This document shows, one piece after another, positions 8,844 through 18,864 of a stretch of DNA of 64,000 bases (position 1 is its first letter; each line of letters opens with the position of its first letter). The stretch comes from Alphaproteobacteria bacterium (lineage in GTDB: Bacteria > Pseudomonadota > Alphaproteobacteria > DATDPM01): assembly GCA_041498815.1 (NCBI GenBank), contig JBGQJC010000005.1, forward strand, positions 2,629 through 66,628. Reading direction: 5' to 3'. The notes beneath the pieces are model-generated. The model made no database searches and was not told where the DNA came from. It saw only the letters and a list, made by a program, of their open reading frames with translations. The position numbers were made by a program, and so were the translations under genes.

Positions 8844-11522
8844 CTAAAGCCAAGTCCCGAAGCGGCGGATGTAGAACTGCTTCACGAGCTGAGTGAGCGT
8901 GCAGTAGCTGAGCAGGATTCCCGCTAGCCACGGGAAATACGTCATCGGCAACGGCACGAGACCTAGATGCGCACCGAGTGGCGAAAATGGCAGATAGATG
9001 CCAATCGCCATGATCGAAGCGGTGAGCAGGATCACCGGCGTCGCCGCCCGGCTTTGGATGAACGGAATATGCCGTGTCCGGATCATATGAACGATGAGCG
9101 TTTGCGTCAGCAAGCCGACGACGAACCAGCCCGACTGGAACAGCGATTGCTTTGCGATCACGTTGGCACCGAAGACGAACCACATGACCACGAAGGTCGC
9201 AATATCGAATATCGAACTGATCGGTCCGATGAAGACCATGAAGCGCGCGAGACCGCCCGCGTCCCACTTGCGCGGCACTTTGAGGTAGTCCTTGTCCACG
9301 TCATCCCACGGAATCGAGACCTGGGAGATGTCGTAGAGAAGGTTCTGTGTCAGCAACTGGATTGGCAGCATCGGCAGGAACGGCAGAAAGACGCTGGCGA
9401 CCAGGACGCTGAATACGTTTCCGAAGTTCGAACTCGCCGTCATCTTGATATATTTGATGATGTTGGCGAAGGTTTTGCGTCCTTCGATGACCGCTTCCTC
9501 CAGCACCATCAGGTTCTTTTCCATCAGGATGATGTCTGCCGATTCCTTCGCAATATCGACGGCGGTCTCGACCGAGATTCCCACATCCGCGTCTTTGAGC
9601 GCGGCGGCATCGTTAATTCCGTCGCCCAGGTAGCCGACCGTGTGGCCGTTGGCTTGCAACGCCCGGATTACACGGGACTTCTGCAACGGCGACATCTTGG
9701 CGAAGATCGTGGTGTGTTCGGCGACCTCGGTGAGCTGCGCGTCGGATAGCGCTTCCACGTTCCTGCCCAGCATCGTGTGCTCTATCGCAAGACCCACCTC
9801 CTTGCAGATTTTGCGTGTGACGATCTCATTGTCGCCGGTGATGATCTTGATACTAACGCCGTATTCCTTGAGAGCGGCGATGGCTTGGCGCGCAGTTTCC
9901 TTGGGAGGGTCAAGGAACGCGACGTACCCGGCGAGTACCAAGTCTTTTTCATTTGCGACCGAGTAGGTGCGGTCCTCTGGTGGCAGCCACTTGTAGGCAA
10001 CCGCGAGCGCGCGGAGCCCTTCTTTGTTCAATTGACGGGTAAGCCGGCGCACTTCTTTACGCATGTCGTCGGTGAACGGCACGGCCCCGCGCGGCAATGC
10101 GCCGTTATCGTCGGCAGACGCGCAAAGCGGGAGGACTTCTTCGATCGCGCCTTTGCAAATCAAGAGATTTTGGTTGCCCCCATTGCGCACGACGACAGAC
10201 ATGCGGCGGCGCACAAAATCGAATGGGATCTCGTCGATCTTCTTGTAGTGTTTGAGATCGTCCACCAAATCCAGGGCCTGCGCATATTCAAGCACGGCCA
10301 CGTCGAGGAGATTTTTCAAGCCCGTTTGATGGAAACTGTTCAGCCAGGCAAATTCCAGTACCTGGCTGTCCTCACGGCCATGGATGTCGAGGTGCTTCTC
10401 CAGAATGACCTTATTTTGCGTCAGCGTCCCGGTCTTGTCGGTGCAAAGGATATCCATCGCGCCGAAGTTTTGGATGGCGTTAAGCCGCTTCACGATGGTC
10501 TTGCGCCGGGCCATGGCCACTGCGCCTTTGGCAAGATTGGCGGTCACCACCATCGGCAGCATTTCGGGCGTGAGGCCAACTGCCACCGAAGCCGCAAACA
10601 GTAGCGACTCAAGCAAGTTACCCTTGGTAAGGGCGTTGATGAGGAACACGAGTGGTGTCATCACCATTAAGAAGCGGATCAGCATCCAGCTAACCCGGTT
10701 GATGCCCTTGTCGAAACTCGTGAGCGGACGTGCACCTACGATGTCCTTCGCCACCGCACCGAAATAGGTCACATCGCCGGTCGCGGCCACGATCGCCGTC
10801 GCCGTGCCGCTGACTACGTTTGTTCCCATGAAGCAAGCCGTTTCCTGTTCCAGCGGAGGGTGCGAGGAGCCAGGTGTTTTCGTCAGCGGAAGAGGGTATT
10901 TTTCGACGGGGATAGACTCGCCGGTCAGCATCGCTTGGCTGACGAATAGATCTTTGGCGGTTAGAAGCCGCACGTCCGCAGGGATCATGTCGCCCGCCGA
11001 CAGATAGATGATATCTCCGGGAACGAGCGAAGCGATCGGCAATTCCTGCGGCCGCTCCATTCCGGCCCGAAGCACGGCCGTGGTGGAGGTCACCATCGCT
11101 TTCAAATCTTCTGCGGCCTTGTTGGAACGAAATTCCTGCCAGAATCGCAGGAGCGTGCTGAGCAGCACCATCGCGTTCAAAACGAAAATGGTTCTCAGCG
11201 AGCGATCCTCGGGTGCCGCGAAAATCACGTCGGTGAATAGCGAAACAATGCTGACCGCGAACAGCACACCGTTGAAAGGCGTCAGGAACGCGCGAAAGAG
11301 TTGTTGATACCAAGTCGGCGGCTTTTCGTGGCTGACTTCGTTGAGGCCATAACGTGCCCGCCGTTTCTCGACCTGTTCTTCGGTCAACCCGTTCGGGCTT
11401 GCCTCCAGCTTCTTGCGTGCTTCATCAGGCGTGCAGTCGCATAATCCGGTGAGTGGAGACACAAGAAGCTGCTTGCTCTCGGGACGCCCGCCATTCAGCC
11501 CGTTCCTAATGTCTTTGTTCAT
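8844..11522 (-). CDS. mgtA: Magnesium-translocating P-type ATPase MgtA/MgtB
   Basis: DKTGTLT phosphorylation motif, GDGINDAAAL hinge motif, 10-TM topology, and N-terminal GLTEEQVEKRRARYGLNEV actuator motif. Start taken at MNKDIRNG; an alternative upstream ATG lies at 11591. Confidence 0.9.
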   Translation of the reverse strand: MNKDIRNGLNGGRPESKQLLVSPLTGLCDCTPDEARKKLEASPNGLTEEQVEKRRARYGLNEVSHEKPPTWYQQLFRAFLTPFNGVLFAVSIVSLFTDVIFAAPEDRSLRTIFVLNAMVLLSTLLRFWQEFRSNKAAEDLKAMVTSTTAVLRAGMERPQELPIASLVPGDIIYLSAGDMIPADVRLLTAKDLFVSQAMLTGESIPVEKYPLPLTKTPGSSHPPLEQETACFMGTNVVSGTATAIVAATGDVTYFGAVAKDIVGARPLTSFDKGINRVSWMLIRFLMVMTPLVFLINALTKGNLLESLLFAASVAVGLTPEMLPMVVTANLAKGAVAMARRKTIVKRLNAIQNFGAMDILCTDKTGTLTQNKVILEKHLDIHGREDSQVLEFAWLNSFHQTGLKNLLDVAVLEYAQALDLVDDLKHYKKIDEIPFDFVRRRMSVVVRNGGNQNLLICKGAIEEVLPLCASADDNGALPRGAVPFTDDMRKEVRRLTRQLNKEGLRALAVAYKWLPPEDRTYSVANEKDLVLAGYVAFLDPPKETARQAIAALKEYGVSIKIITGDNEIVTRKICKEVGLAIEHTMLGRNVEALSDAQLTEVAEHTTIFAKMSPLQKSRVIRALQANGHTVGYLGDGINDAAALKDADVGISVETAVDIAKESADIILMEKNLMVLEEAVIEGRKTFANIIKYIKMTASSNFGNVFSVLVASVFLPFLPMLPIQLLTQNLLYDISQVSIPWDDVDKDYLKVPRKWDAGGLARFMVFIGPISSIFDIATFVVMWFVFGANVIAKQSLFQSGWFVVGLLTQTLIVHMIRTRHIPFIQSRAATPVILLTASIMAIGIYLPFSPLGAHLGLVPLPMTYFPWLAGILLSYCTLTQLVKQFYIRRFGTWL

Positions 11523-11818
11523 GGCGCAAAGTCCCGTGTTGCAATCAATTCCAAGTTTTCGAGAAAGCAGGCGGCGGTATTTGCCATCCACTGGTTCGAT
11601 GACACCGTTTCAATAGGGCGGTGCGCCACTTCGTTCGCGCCGAATGCCTCGAGCCGTGCTTCCGCTTCGCTCAATCCGGCGCGCGTGGTCTTGAGGGCTA
11701 AAAGCACGGCTTCGAGGTCGCCGCCGGCTTGGCGCGCGGCAGTCGGAATCCGCGCCTCTGGCGTTTGCGCCCGGAACGGGTTCAGCCTTGGAAACGGAAG
11801 TTTTGCTGCCTCGCTCAA
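11519..11818 (-). CDS. Upstream ORF (99 aa) translationally coupled to mgtA; carries a P-type-ATPase N-terminal-like motif
   Basis: Its stop overlaps the MNKD start of mgtA in an ATGA arrangement. It contains GLSEAEARLEAFGANEVAHRPIE, a paralogous copy of the mgtA N-terminal motif. Pro-rich near the start (PFPRLNPF). Confidence 0.35.
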   Translation of the reverse strand: MSEAAKLPFPRLNPFRAQTPEARIPTAARQAGGDLEAVLLALKTTRAGLSEAEARLEAFGANEVAHRPIETVSSNQWMANTAACFLENLELIATRDFAP

Positions 11819-12143
11819 GGGCCCGCCTCCGCCGCGCCGGACCTGGCGCGGCCGGACGGGCTTTAAGCGGGCCCTAAGATCGGGGCCGCGCTTGCGATGC
11901 CCGCCCCGCCGGCTACGTCCGGGGCTCTCACGTTTTGGTTCGCTCGCACCGCCAAAGCCGCGCTCGCGGCGGCAACGGTGCGACGACTAGAGTCGCTTGC
12001 CATGTGACGCTGTGTGCCTTCGTTTTTGAATTCGCGTGCGGGTGAAACCACGCAACGTGAACCGCCTCTTATACCCGGCCGGGACCTAAGTCAACTCGTG
12101 GGCGGAACTTGCGAACGGTACGCCGAAATTCCTGAACGTTCGG

Positions 12144-13508
12144 TTACATCGGGCCGGAAAGCGGCGGCGACAGCGGCGAGAGCGGTGCAGCTAAGCTCGG
12201 CAGATTGGTAATCTCGGGCCGCGCCGGCGAGGCCCAAGCCAAGCCGTCGAAGGCGTTGCACGCCGGGCAAATCGGGTGCCAGGTGGCGACGGCGGCGGCG
12301 CAGCGCCGGCACACCCAGGCGTCTTCGTGTTCGGCCTCCGCGGCCCTAGCCAGCCATTGGCGGGCCTGCAACGGATCGCCGCTTTCCTGCTCCTCGAGCT
12401 TGGCCATCAGCCGGAACACGCGCCGCCCCGGGTTGGGCGCCAAGAGAGCAAGCCGCAAATGGCGCCGCGCTTCGCCCCAAAGCCGCGAATCGAGCGCGGC
12501 TTGCGCGATCGCGATATGGGTCTCCTCGTGATCGGGCCTGATGGCGCCGAGGCGCGCGGTGCGCTGAAGGCGCGCGAGCGGCTCTTCATCGGGTGCCAGT
12601 GCGCGAAAGGCGTCGGCGAGATCGGGATGGGGATGTTCGGCCCAGGCGGATTCGACGATCTTGCGCGCCCGCCTTCTCTCGCCGCGCCCGGCCAAAAGCC
12701 GCCCGAGCTTGGCCGCCACCGGCACCAAATCGGGCGCAAGCTTGTAAGCGCGCCGCAAAAGATCCGCGGCTTCGGCGGTGCGCCCGTCGGATTCCGCGGC
12801 TTGGCTCTGACCGTAAAGCGCCACCGCCTCGCGCACTCGCGCGGTCGCCGGCGCAATCACCCGGCTGCGCCCGGCCTGGTGCAGGACCATGGCGGCCTCG
12901 GCCCATAATCCGCCTTGCGTTTGCAGCTCGGTCAAGACGCCGATCAGCCACGGCGTCTTGGGGCGAAGGCGATAGGCGCGTTTCGCCAAGGCCAGCGCCG
13001 TTTCGTTGTCGTGGTCGCGCAGCGCCTGATTCAAAAGCCCGCGCAGGCCCAGAAAAACGGTGTCGGGCCGCTCCAGCATGGCGGTGAAATATTTGCGCGC
13101 CGCTTCCTGGTCTCCCGCCATCTGGGCCGCTTGCGCCGACAAAAGCCGGGTCAGCGGCGGATCGGCCAAGAGCCCGTCGGCGCGGGCGGCTTGTTTGCGC
13201 GCCTCTTCCGGGTCGCCCGCCGCAACCGCGACGAAGCCGCGCGTCAGCGCCTTATAGCCGCGGTGGCGCCGCCGCTCGGCCCGCGCTGAACCGGTTCGCC
13301 GGACGGCGGAGCGCAAGGCGCCCCAGCCGCGCCAAAGGATTCCCGACACGACCGAAAACAGCACCAGCGCGCCGGCCAGAACCGCAAACGACGTGTCGAT
13401 GCGGTAGCCGAGCCAGACTGCGCTGACGTGGCCCGGATGGTCGGCCATCCAGGCGACGGCAATGGAAAACAGGACGAGGACGATAAAGAGAATGAACGCC
13501 CGGATCAT
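12144..13508 (-). CDS. hemY: HemY-like protein (TPR-containing, heme-biosynthesis-associated inner-membrane protein)
   Basis: N-terminal TM helices, TPR-like repeats, and a C-terminal Cys-rich zinc-ribbon (CRRC...CPAC). Positioned after the hemC-hemD-mic60 genes as in other alphaproteobacteria. Confidence 0.8.
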   Translation of the reverse strand: MIRAFILFIVLVLFSIAVAWMADHPGHVSAVWLGYRIDTSFAVLAGALVLFSVVSGILWRGWGALRSAVRRTGSARAERRRHRGYKALTRGFVAVAAGDPEEARKQAARADGLLADPPLTRLLSAQAAQMAGDQEAARKYFTAMLERPDTVFLGLRGLLNQALRDHDNETALALAKRAYRLRPKTPWLIGVLTELQTQGGLWAEAAMVLHQAGRSRVIAPATARVREAVALYGQSQAAESDGRTAEAADLLRRAYKLAPDLVPVAAKLGRLLAGRGERRRARKIVESAWAEHPHPDLADAFRALAPDEEPLARLQRTARLGAIRPDHEETHIAIAQAALDSRLWGEARRHLRLALLAPNPGRRVFRLMAKLEEQESGDPLQARQWLARAAEAEHEDAWVCRRCAAAVATWHPICPACNAFDGLAWASPARPEITNLPSLAAPLSPLSPPLSGPM

Positions 13509-13530
13509 CGGGGCGCGGTTTCGGCAAACA

Positions 13531-14643
13531 TCACTTCGCGGGACCGTCGCTCTGGGCGATTTGCCCGATGGCGCGAAGATGCAGCTCCTTGAGGGCCTTC
13601 TCCGCCGCTTGGCGCGCGCGCGCCTTTTCCATCCAATCCTGCGCCGCGGCGGCGGGCGCTCCGGTCAAAGCCGCCATTTCGCCGAGCGCGCCGTCGAGAT
13701 CGTCCAGGCCCAGCCTGTTCTCCGCCCTGGCGATGATCGCGTCCGGCGCGCTGCCTTCCGCGGGGCCGACCTTGCGCACGGTCACCACGCTCGCCGCCTG
13801 GGCCATCGCCTTGTCCAGCCAATCACCGTTCTGCGGGGCCGCCCCGGCTTGCACCACGGCGCTCGCAACGCTTTGGAATCCTTCACGAAGTTCCCACAGC
13901 GTCGCAACCCCGGAGGAAGCAAGGGGTTCGATGGGCGCGGTCACGCTTTTGATGCCGTCGTCGCCCAGCGCATTCACGGCCGCAAGCTCTGGGGCGAACG
14001 GCTTCGAGACCGAAAGCGCCTCGCGCAATTGTCCGACGGCAACGACCAGGGCCTGATTGCGTTGGGCCTCGGCGGGCGGCTTGGCATGCTGCGCGTCTTC
14101 GAGCGACGCCAATCGCTCCTTGAGGCTCGCCACCTCGTCGGCGCTTCGCTTCGCTTCGGCCCGGGCCTCGTCGAGGGCTCCCTGGTCGGAATGGCCGGTT
14201 GCCGCTTCGGCCTTGAAGCGGGCCGTGTTCTTTTCGAGTTCCGAGATTCGTCCCGATAGCCCTTCGATCTTTTCGGCGAGGAGCGCCAGAGCCGCCTCGG
14301 CGTCCTTGGGCGAGGGTGCATCGGCGTTGCTCGCGATCTTTTTCTCGATCTCGCCGAGGCGCTGGTCGATGGTCGCCAGCGGGGTTTGCGCCGCCTGGAC
14401 CACGGCGCCCGAAAGCTCGGCGCGCACCTGCGCCTCGATGCGCTTGCTATCGGCCTGCTGGGTCGCGGCTTCCAGGAACCAGAGCGAGGCGAGGCCGCCG
14501 CCGCTCACCAGCGCCACGCCCACGATCGCAACCCAGATCCAGCCGTGCCGGGCGTGGGGCGAAGGATCCGCCTTCTTTTTTTTCGCGGGCGGCTTGCCGT
14601 TGCGCCGGGCTTTGGCCGGCGCTTGCGCTTCGGGATCCGTCAT
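13531..14643 (-). CDS. Alphaproteobacterial Mic60/mitofilin-like protein (HemX-like, COG4223)
   Basis: N-terminal basic region plus one TM, a long coiled-coil (ELEKNTARFKAEA...SLKERLASLEDAQ), and a C-terminal mitofilin-like region. Located between hemD and hemY, the established alpha-Mic60 genomic context. Confidence 0.7.
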   Translation of the reverse strand: MTDPEAQAPAKARRNGKPPAKKKKADPSPHARHGWIWVAIVGVALVSGGGLASLWFLEAATQQADSKRIEAQVRAELSGAVVQAAQTPLATIDQRLGEIEKKIASNADAPSPKDAEAALALLAEKIEGLSGRISELEKNTARFKAEAATGHSDQGALDEARAEAKRSADEVASLKERLASLEDAQHAKPPAEAQRNQALVVAVGQLREALSVSKPFAPELAAVNALGDDGIKSVTAPIEPLASSGVATLWELREGFQSVASAVVQAGAAPQNGDWLDKAMAQAASVVTVRKVGPAEGSAPDAIIARAENRLGLDDLDGALGEMAALTGAPAAAAQDWMEKARARQAAEKALKELHLRAIGQIAQSDGPAK

Positions 14644-14677
14644 CGCCGTGCCTCGCTGCGTTTCATCGATTCCGCAT

Positions 14678-15397
14678 CTATGTCCGGCGCATCCATCCGT
14701 CGATTTCGTTCATCAGCGCGGCGAGTTCGGGGCGCGACGCGCAAATCGTCTCTTGCCACTCGATGCCGCGCGCAGCCCTGGTCACCGCCTCGCTCAGGCA
14801 GAATGCGGCGGTGCCGCCAAGCGCCGCCTCGAGGCCGGCCGCGACCGCAAGGGTAACAAACGCCGCCGCGGTTCGGGGAGAGAAAAAAAGGACCATGCCG
14901 ATCGCATTGTTATGTAACTGCTCTAAGGTGCCGGGGGAAAAGTTTTCCACAGGCTTGGACTCGTAAAGTACCGCGCGGCGCACGCTAAACCCGCTTTGTG
15001 ACAGGATTCCGGCCAAATCGCCCGCCGCAACACTTCCCGCCGCATGCAAGACCGCGCCCGCCCCGGGATCGAGGCTCTTGGCAACGAGCCTTGCCAGGTC
15101 CTCGACGTCGCCCCTGGCGCTGGCGACCCTGGCGAACCCTAACCTCCGCGCTTCCGAGGCCGTGGCATCGCCCACCGCGAACACCGGGAAATCACGCGCA
15201 GGATCGGCCGCGGCAAAGGCGCGGACCCCGTTGGCGCTGGTGAACAGAACCGCCTGAACGCCCGCCAGGTCCGGCTTTGCCCCCGGCAGGGCCACGATTT
15301 CGAGCACCGGCTCGATCACCGGCTCGATGCCGCGCCGGAGCAAATGATCCGCCGTCTCGATGGCGTCGATCCTCGGTCTCGTGATCAGCGCGCGCAT
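14678..15397 (-). CDS. hemD: Uroporphyrinogen-III synthase
   Basis: MRALITRP...VLFTSANGVRAF pattern (the HemD family is weakly conserved). Start taken at Met104 of the ORF; upstream residues would overlap hemC. Immediately downstream of hemC. Confidence 0.75.
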   Translation of the reverse strand: MRALITRPRIDAIETADHLLRRGIEPVIEPVLEIVALPGAKPDLAGVQAVLFTSANGVRAFAAADPARDFPVFAVGDATASEARRLGFARVASARGDVEDLARLVAKSLDPGAGAVLHAAGSVAAGDLAGILSQSGFSVRRAVLYESKPVENFSPGTLEQLHNNAIGMVLFFSPRTAAAFVTLAVAAGLEAALGGTAAFCLSEAVTRAARGIEWQETICASRPELAALMNEIDGWMRRT

Positions 15398-15399
15398 GG

Positions 15400-16323
15400 T
15401 TATGCCGCGAAAACGATGTTGCCGGCCTGGGCTCGAAGCTCGGCGCCCGCCTCCGCCCCGATCTTCACGGCGTCCTGCAAACTTCCGCGCATCGTCACCT
15501 TGTAAACCCGGGTGCCGTCGAGGGTCGCAACCAAGGCGCGCAAGATCAGCACGCCGCCCTCGATCTCGGCGAGGCCGGCGATGGGCGTGCGGCACGAGCC
15601 TTCGAGCACCGCCAACAGCGCGCGCTCGGCCTTGACGCAAGTTTCGCTCGCTTGGTCGTTGACGGGCGCCACAAGATTCTTCACCCGCGCGTCGCCCGCG
15701 CGGCATTCAACGCCGATCGCACCCTGGCCCGCGGCGGGAAGCATGACGTCCGTGCCAAGCACCGCCGTCGCTTCGCGCTCCAGGCCCAATCGCTTGAGGC
15801 CGGCCAGCGCCAGGATCGTGGCATCGGCGGCGCCGTCGCGGATCTTGCGCAGCCGTGTTTCGACGTTGCCGCGCAGGGGAACTATTTTCAAATCGGGGCG
15901 CAGCGCCAGGAGTTGCGCCTGCCGGCGGGGCGATCCGGTGCCGATTTTGGCCCCCGGCGGCAGCGCCTCCAGGCTTGCGGCGCGCGGGCTGAAAAAAACG
16001 TCGCGCGGATCTTCCCGCGCCAAGACCGCGCAGATTTCCAATCCCTCGGGGAGCGCCGCCGGCAGGTCCTTGATCGAATGCACCGCGACGTCGATGCGCC
16101 CCTCGAGCAACGCCTCCTCGATCTCCTTCACGAACAGCCCCTTGCCGCCGATCTCCGCAATCGGCGGCAGCTCGCCCGCGTCGCCGCTGGTTTTGATGAT
16201 CGCGAGTTCGATCGCGCCGTCGCTTGCCAGCGCCGGGTCGGCCTTGGCCAGCCTCTCTTTCAATTCCCGTGCCTGGGCCAGTGCCAGCGGGCTGCCGCGG
16301 GTGCCTATGATGAGTCCGGCCAT
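15400..16323 (-). CDS. hemC: Porphobilinogen deaminase (hydroxymethylbilane synthase)
   Basis: MAGLIIGTRGSPLALAQA N-terminus and a dipyrromethane-cofactor Cys region. Start taken at Met32 of the ORF (MAGLIIGTRGS). Confidence 0.9.
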   Translation of the reverse strand: MAGLIIGTRGSPLALAQARELKERLAKADPALASDGAIELAIIKTSGDAGELPPIAEIGGKGLFVKEIEEALLEGRIDVAVHSIKDLPAALPEGLEICAVLAREDPRDVFFSPRAASLEALPPGAKIGTGSPRRQAQLLALRPDLKIVPLRGNVETRLRKIRDGAADATILALAGLKRLGLEREATAVLGTDVMLPAAGQGAIGVECRAGDARVKNLVAPVNDQASETCVKAERALLAVLEGSCRTPIAGLAEIEGGVLILRALVATLDGTRVYKVTMRGSLQDAVKIGAEAGAELRAQAGNIVFAA

Positions 16324-16399
16324 GGCCCGTCTTACCCCTTGATGGCCTGGCTTGAAAGTGCTTCGTGAACCGCTGCACAGCCCCTTTTTTCGGATGGCC

Positions 16400-17452
16400 A
16401 TGCTGGTTCTGGGCATCGAGACAAGCTGCGATGAAACCGCGGCCGCTGTAATCAGCGACCGGCGCGAAATCTTGGCCGACGTCGTGCGCTCCCAGGTCGA
16501 AAGCCACGCGCCATTCGGCGGGATCGTGCCCGAGATCGCGGCCCGCGCCCATCTCGATCATCTCGATGCGCTCATCCGCCAGGCAATGGAAACCGCGGGC
16601 ATTACCTTCGCCGAGCTGGACGGGGTCGCCGCCACCGCGGGGCCCGGCTTGATCGGCGGGCTCATCGTCGGCCTCATGACCGGCAAGGCGATCGCGGCGG
16701 TGCGCGGGATTCCTTTTTCGGCGGTAAATCATCTCGAAGGGCACGCGCTGTCGCCGCGCCTCGTATCAGATGTCCCGTTTCCTTACCTGCTGCTTCTCGT
16801 TTCCGGCGGGCATTGCCAGCTCTTGATCGCGGAGGGGGTCGGGCGCTACCGGCGCTTGGGGACCACCATCGACGACGCCGTGGGCGAGGCCTTCGACAAG
16901 GCGGCGAAGATGCTGGGGCTCGCTTATCCGGGCGGGCCCGAGATCGAGCGCGCGGCCAAATCCGGGAATCCGTCGCGCTTCGACCTGCCGCGTCCGCTGC
17001 TGCGCAGCGAGGGCTGCCACTTCTCCTTTTCCGGGCTCAAAACCGCGCTCCGGCGCAGCATCGCCAAATTGCCGGCGCTCGATGCACGCACCGTGTCCGA
17101 TCTTGCCGCGAGCTTCCAAGCCGCCGTCGGCGATGTGCTGGCCGATCGCTGCGCCAACGCCATCGAGATCTTCCGCAACGATTATCCCGAATCGGAAACG
17201 CTGGTGGTCGCGGGCGGCGTCGCGGCGAATGAGTATTTGCGCTTAAGGCTGGAACGGCTTTGCGCCGGAACGGGAATGCGCCTCGTCGCCCCGCCCCAGA
17301 AACTCTGCACCGATAATGCGGCGATGATCGCCTGGGCGGGCATCGAGCGCCTGCGTCTGGGTCTCGCCGATTCGCTCGACGTACCGGCGCGTCCGCGCTG
17401 GCCGCTCGACCCAACGGCCCCGCCCGCGGCCGGCGCCGGCGTCAAGGCGTAA
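16400..17452 (+). CDS. tsaD: tRNA N6-adenosine threonylcarbamoyltransferase TsaD (Gcp)
   Basis: [18 protein letters not shown]-terminus, HxxGH-type metal site, YPGGP. Divergent from hemC. The alternative start at 16352/16394 is less typical. Confidence 0.9.
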   Translation: MLVLGIETSCDETAAAVISDRREILADVVRSQVESHAPFGGIVPEIAARAHLDHLDALIRQAMETAGITFAELDGVAATAGPGLIGGLIVGLMTGKAIAAVRGIPFSAVNHLEGHALSPRLVSDVPFPYLLLLVSGGHCQLLIAEGVGRYRRLGTTIDDAVGEAFDKAAKMLGLAYPGGPEIERAAKSGNPSRFDLPRPLLRSEGCHFSFSGLKTALRRSIAKLPALDARTVSDLAASFQAAVGDVLADRCANAIEIFRNDYPESETLVVAGGVAANEYLRLRLERLCAGTGMRLVAPPQKLCTDNAAMIAWAGIERLRLGLADSLDVPARPRWPLDPTAPPAAGAGVKA

Positions 17453-17515
17453 TCCTTCGGAGTTGGAATCGGGCGCGCCGCCGTGGCACCGTGACATAGT
17501 CAGGTAGGGAATCGC

Positions 17516-18523
17516 ATGGCGCGAATCGGCATCATCGGCGGCGGCGCCTGGGGCACGGCGCTAACCCTCGTCGTCAAGCGCGCGGGGGGCGAGGCGGTGC
17601 TGTGGGCGCGCGAGCGCGAGGTGGTCGAATCCATCAATGCGCGCCACGAGAATCCCCTGTTCCTTCCCGGCGCCGCCCTCGATCCGGCGCTCCGCGCGAC
17701 CGGAAAGTTGGCCGAGGCGGCGCAAGCCGAAATCCTGCTGCTGGTGACGCCGGCCCAGTTCCTGCGCGCGGCCGCAAGCGAAATCGCGCCGCACTTGAAG
17801 CCCGGAACGCCCACCGTCATCTGCGCCAAGGGAATCGAGCGCGGAACTTCTGCGCTCATGAGCGAGATCGTGGCCGAAGTCTTGCCCGATTCTCCCATCG
17901 CCGTGCTCTCGGGGCCGACCTTCGCGGCCGAGGTCGCGGCCGGGCTTCCAACCGCCGTCACGCTGGCCTGCCGCGACCCGAGCGTAGGGGAAATGCTCTC
18001 CCGCGCGCTCGGCACCAAGAATTTCCGGACTTATCTCTCGGAAGACGTGACCGGCGCCGAAATCGGCGGCGCGGTCAAGAACGTGCTCGCGATCGCCTGC
18101 GGCATCACGGTCGGACGCAAGCTGGGCGAAAACGCGCGTGCCGCGCTCATCACCCGGGGGCTGGCCGAAATCATCCGGCTCGGGCTAGCGAAGGGTGCCC
18201 GCCTGTCCACCATGATGGGGCTCTCCGGCTTCGGCGATCTCTCGCTCACCTGCAACAGCACCCAGTCGCGCAACACCTCGCTCGGCATCCGGCTGGCGGA
18301 AGGATCCTCGCTCCAAGACGCGCTCGCGAGCGGCCAATCGGTTGCCGAAGGCGCATTCTCGGCCGAAGCCGTGCGGCAACTGGCGAACCGGCTCAACGTC
18401 GAGATGCCGATTTGCTTCGGAGTGGACCGGATCTTGAACGCGGGGGCCGCCATCGACGCCGTGATCGCGCAGCTTCTCGAGCGCCCCTTCAAGGAAGAGA
18501 GCACCGACCTGCCGCTGGATTGA
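17516..18523 (+). CDS. gpsA: NAD(P)H-dependent glycerol-3-phosphate dehydrogenase
   Basis: MARIGIIGGGAWGTAL Rossmann motif and GAVKNVLAIACGI. Conserved tsaD-gpsA order. Confidence 0.9.
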   Translation: MARIGIIGGGAWGTALTLVVKRAGGEAVLWAREREVVESINARHENPLFLPGAALDPALRATGKLAEAAQAEILLLVTPAQFLRAAASEIAPHLKPGTPTVICAKGIERGTSALMSEIVAEVLPDSPIAVLSGPTFAAEVAAGLPTAVTLACRDPSVGEMLSRALGTKNFRTYLSEDVTGAEIGGAVKNVLAIACGITVGRKLGENARAALITRGLAEIIRLGLAKGARLSTMMGLSGFGDLSLTCNSTQSRNTSLGIRLAEGSSLQDALASGQSVAEGAFSAEAVRQLANRLNVEMPICFGVDRILNAGAAIDAVIAQLLERPFKEESTDLPLD

Positions 18524-18570
18524 GAGCCCCGTTTCGGCTAGCCTCGGCGCCGGTCTGCCGGGGGAGTTGG

Positions 18571-18852
18571 ATGCTGTTCGCCGTCATCTGTATCGACAAG
18601 AAAGATTCTGCCGCGCTGCGTGCGGCAACCAGGCCCCGGCACCTCGAATACCTGGAAACCTTCCGCTCGCACATCACGATCTCGGGCCCGATCTTGTCCC
18701 AGGATGGTGCTACGCCCCAGGGCAGCCTCCTCATTCTCGATCTCGCCGATTACGCGGAGGCGGCAGCCTTCGCGCGCGACGATCCCTACATGAAGGCGGG
18801 GCTCTTTGCCACGGTCATCGTCGCCCCGTTCAAGAAAGTGTTTCCGGCGTAG
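18571..18852 (+). CDS. YciI-like (YCII-related) small protein
   Basis: 93-aa in-frame Met at the end of a spurious long ORF; MLFAVICIDKKDSAALRAATRPRHLEYL is the typical YciI-like fold signature. Confidence 0.6.
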   Translation: MLFAVICIDKKDSAALRAATRPRHLEYLETFRSHITISGPILSQDGATPQGSLLILDLADYAEAAAFARDDPYMKAGLFATVIVAPFKKVFPA

Positions 18853-18864
18853 CCGGACGGATTC

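Noticed and set aside
12205-13527. Multiple 70-210-aa ORFs on both strands inside hemY
   Set aside because: High-GC alternative frames; hemY has the diagnostic TM/TPR/zinc-ribbon organisation.
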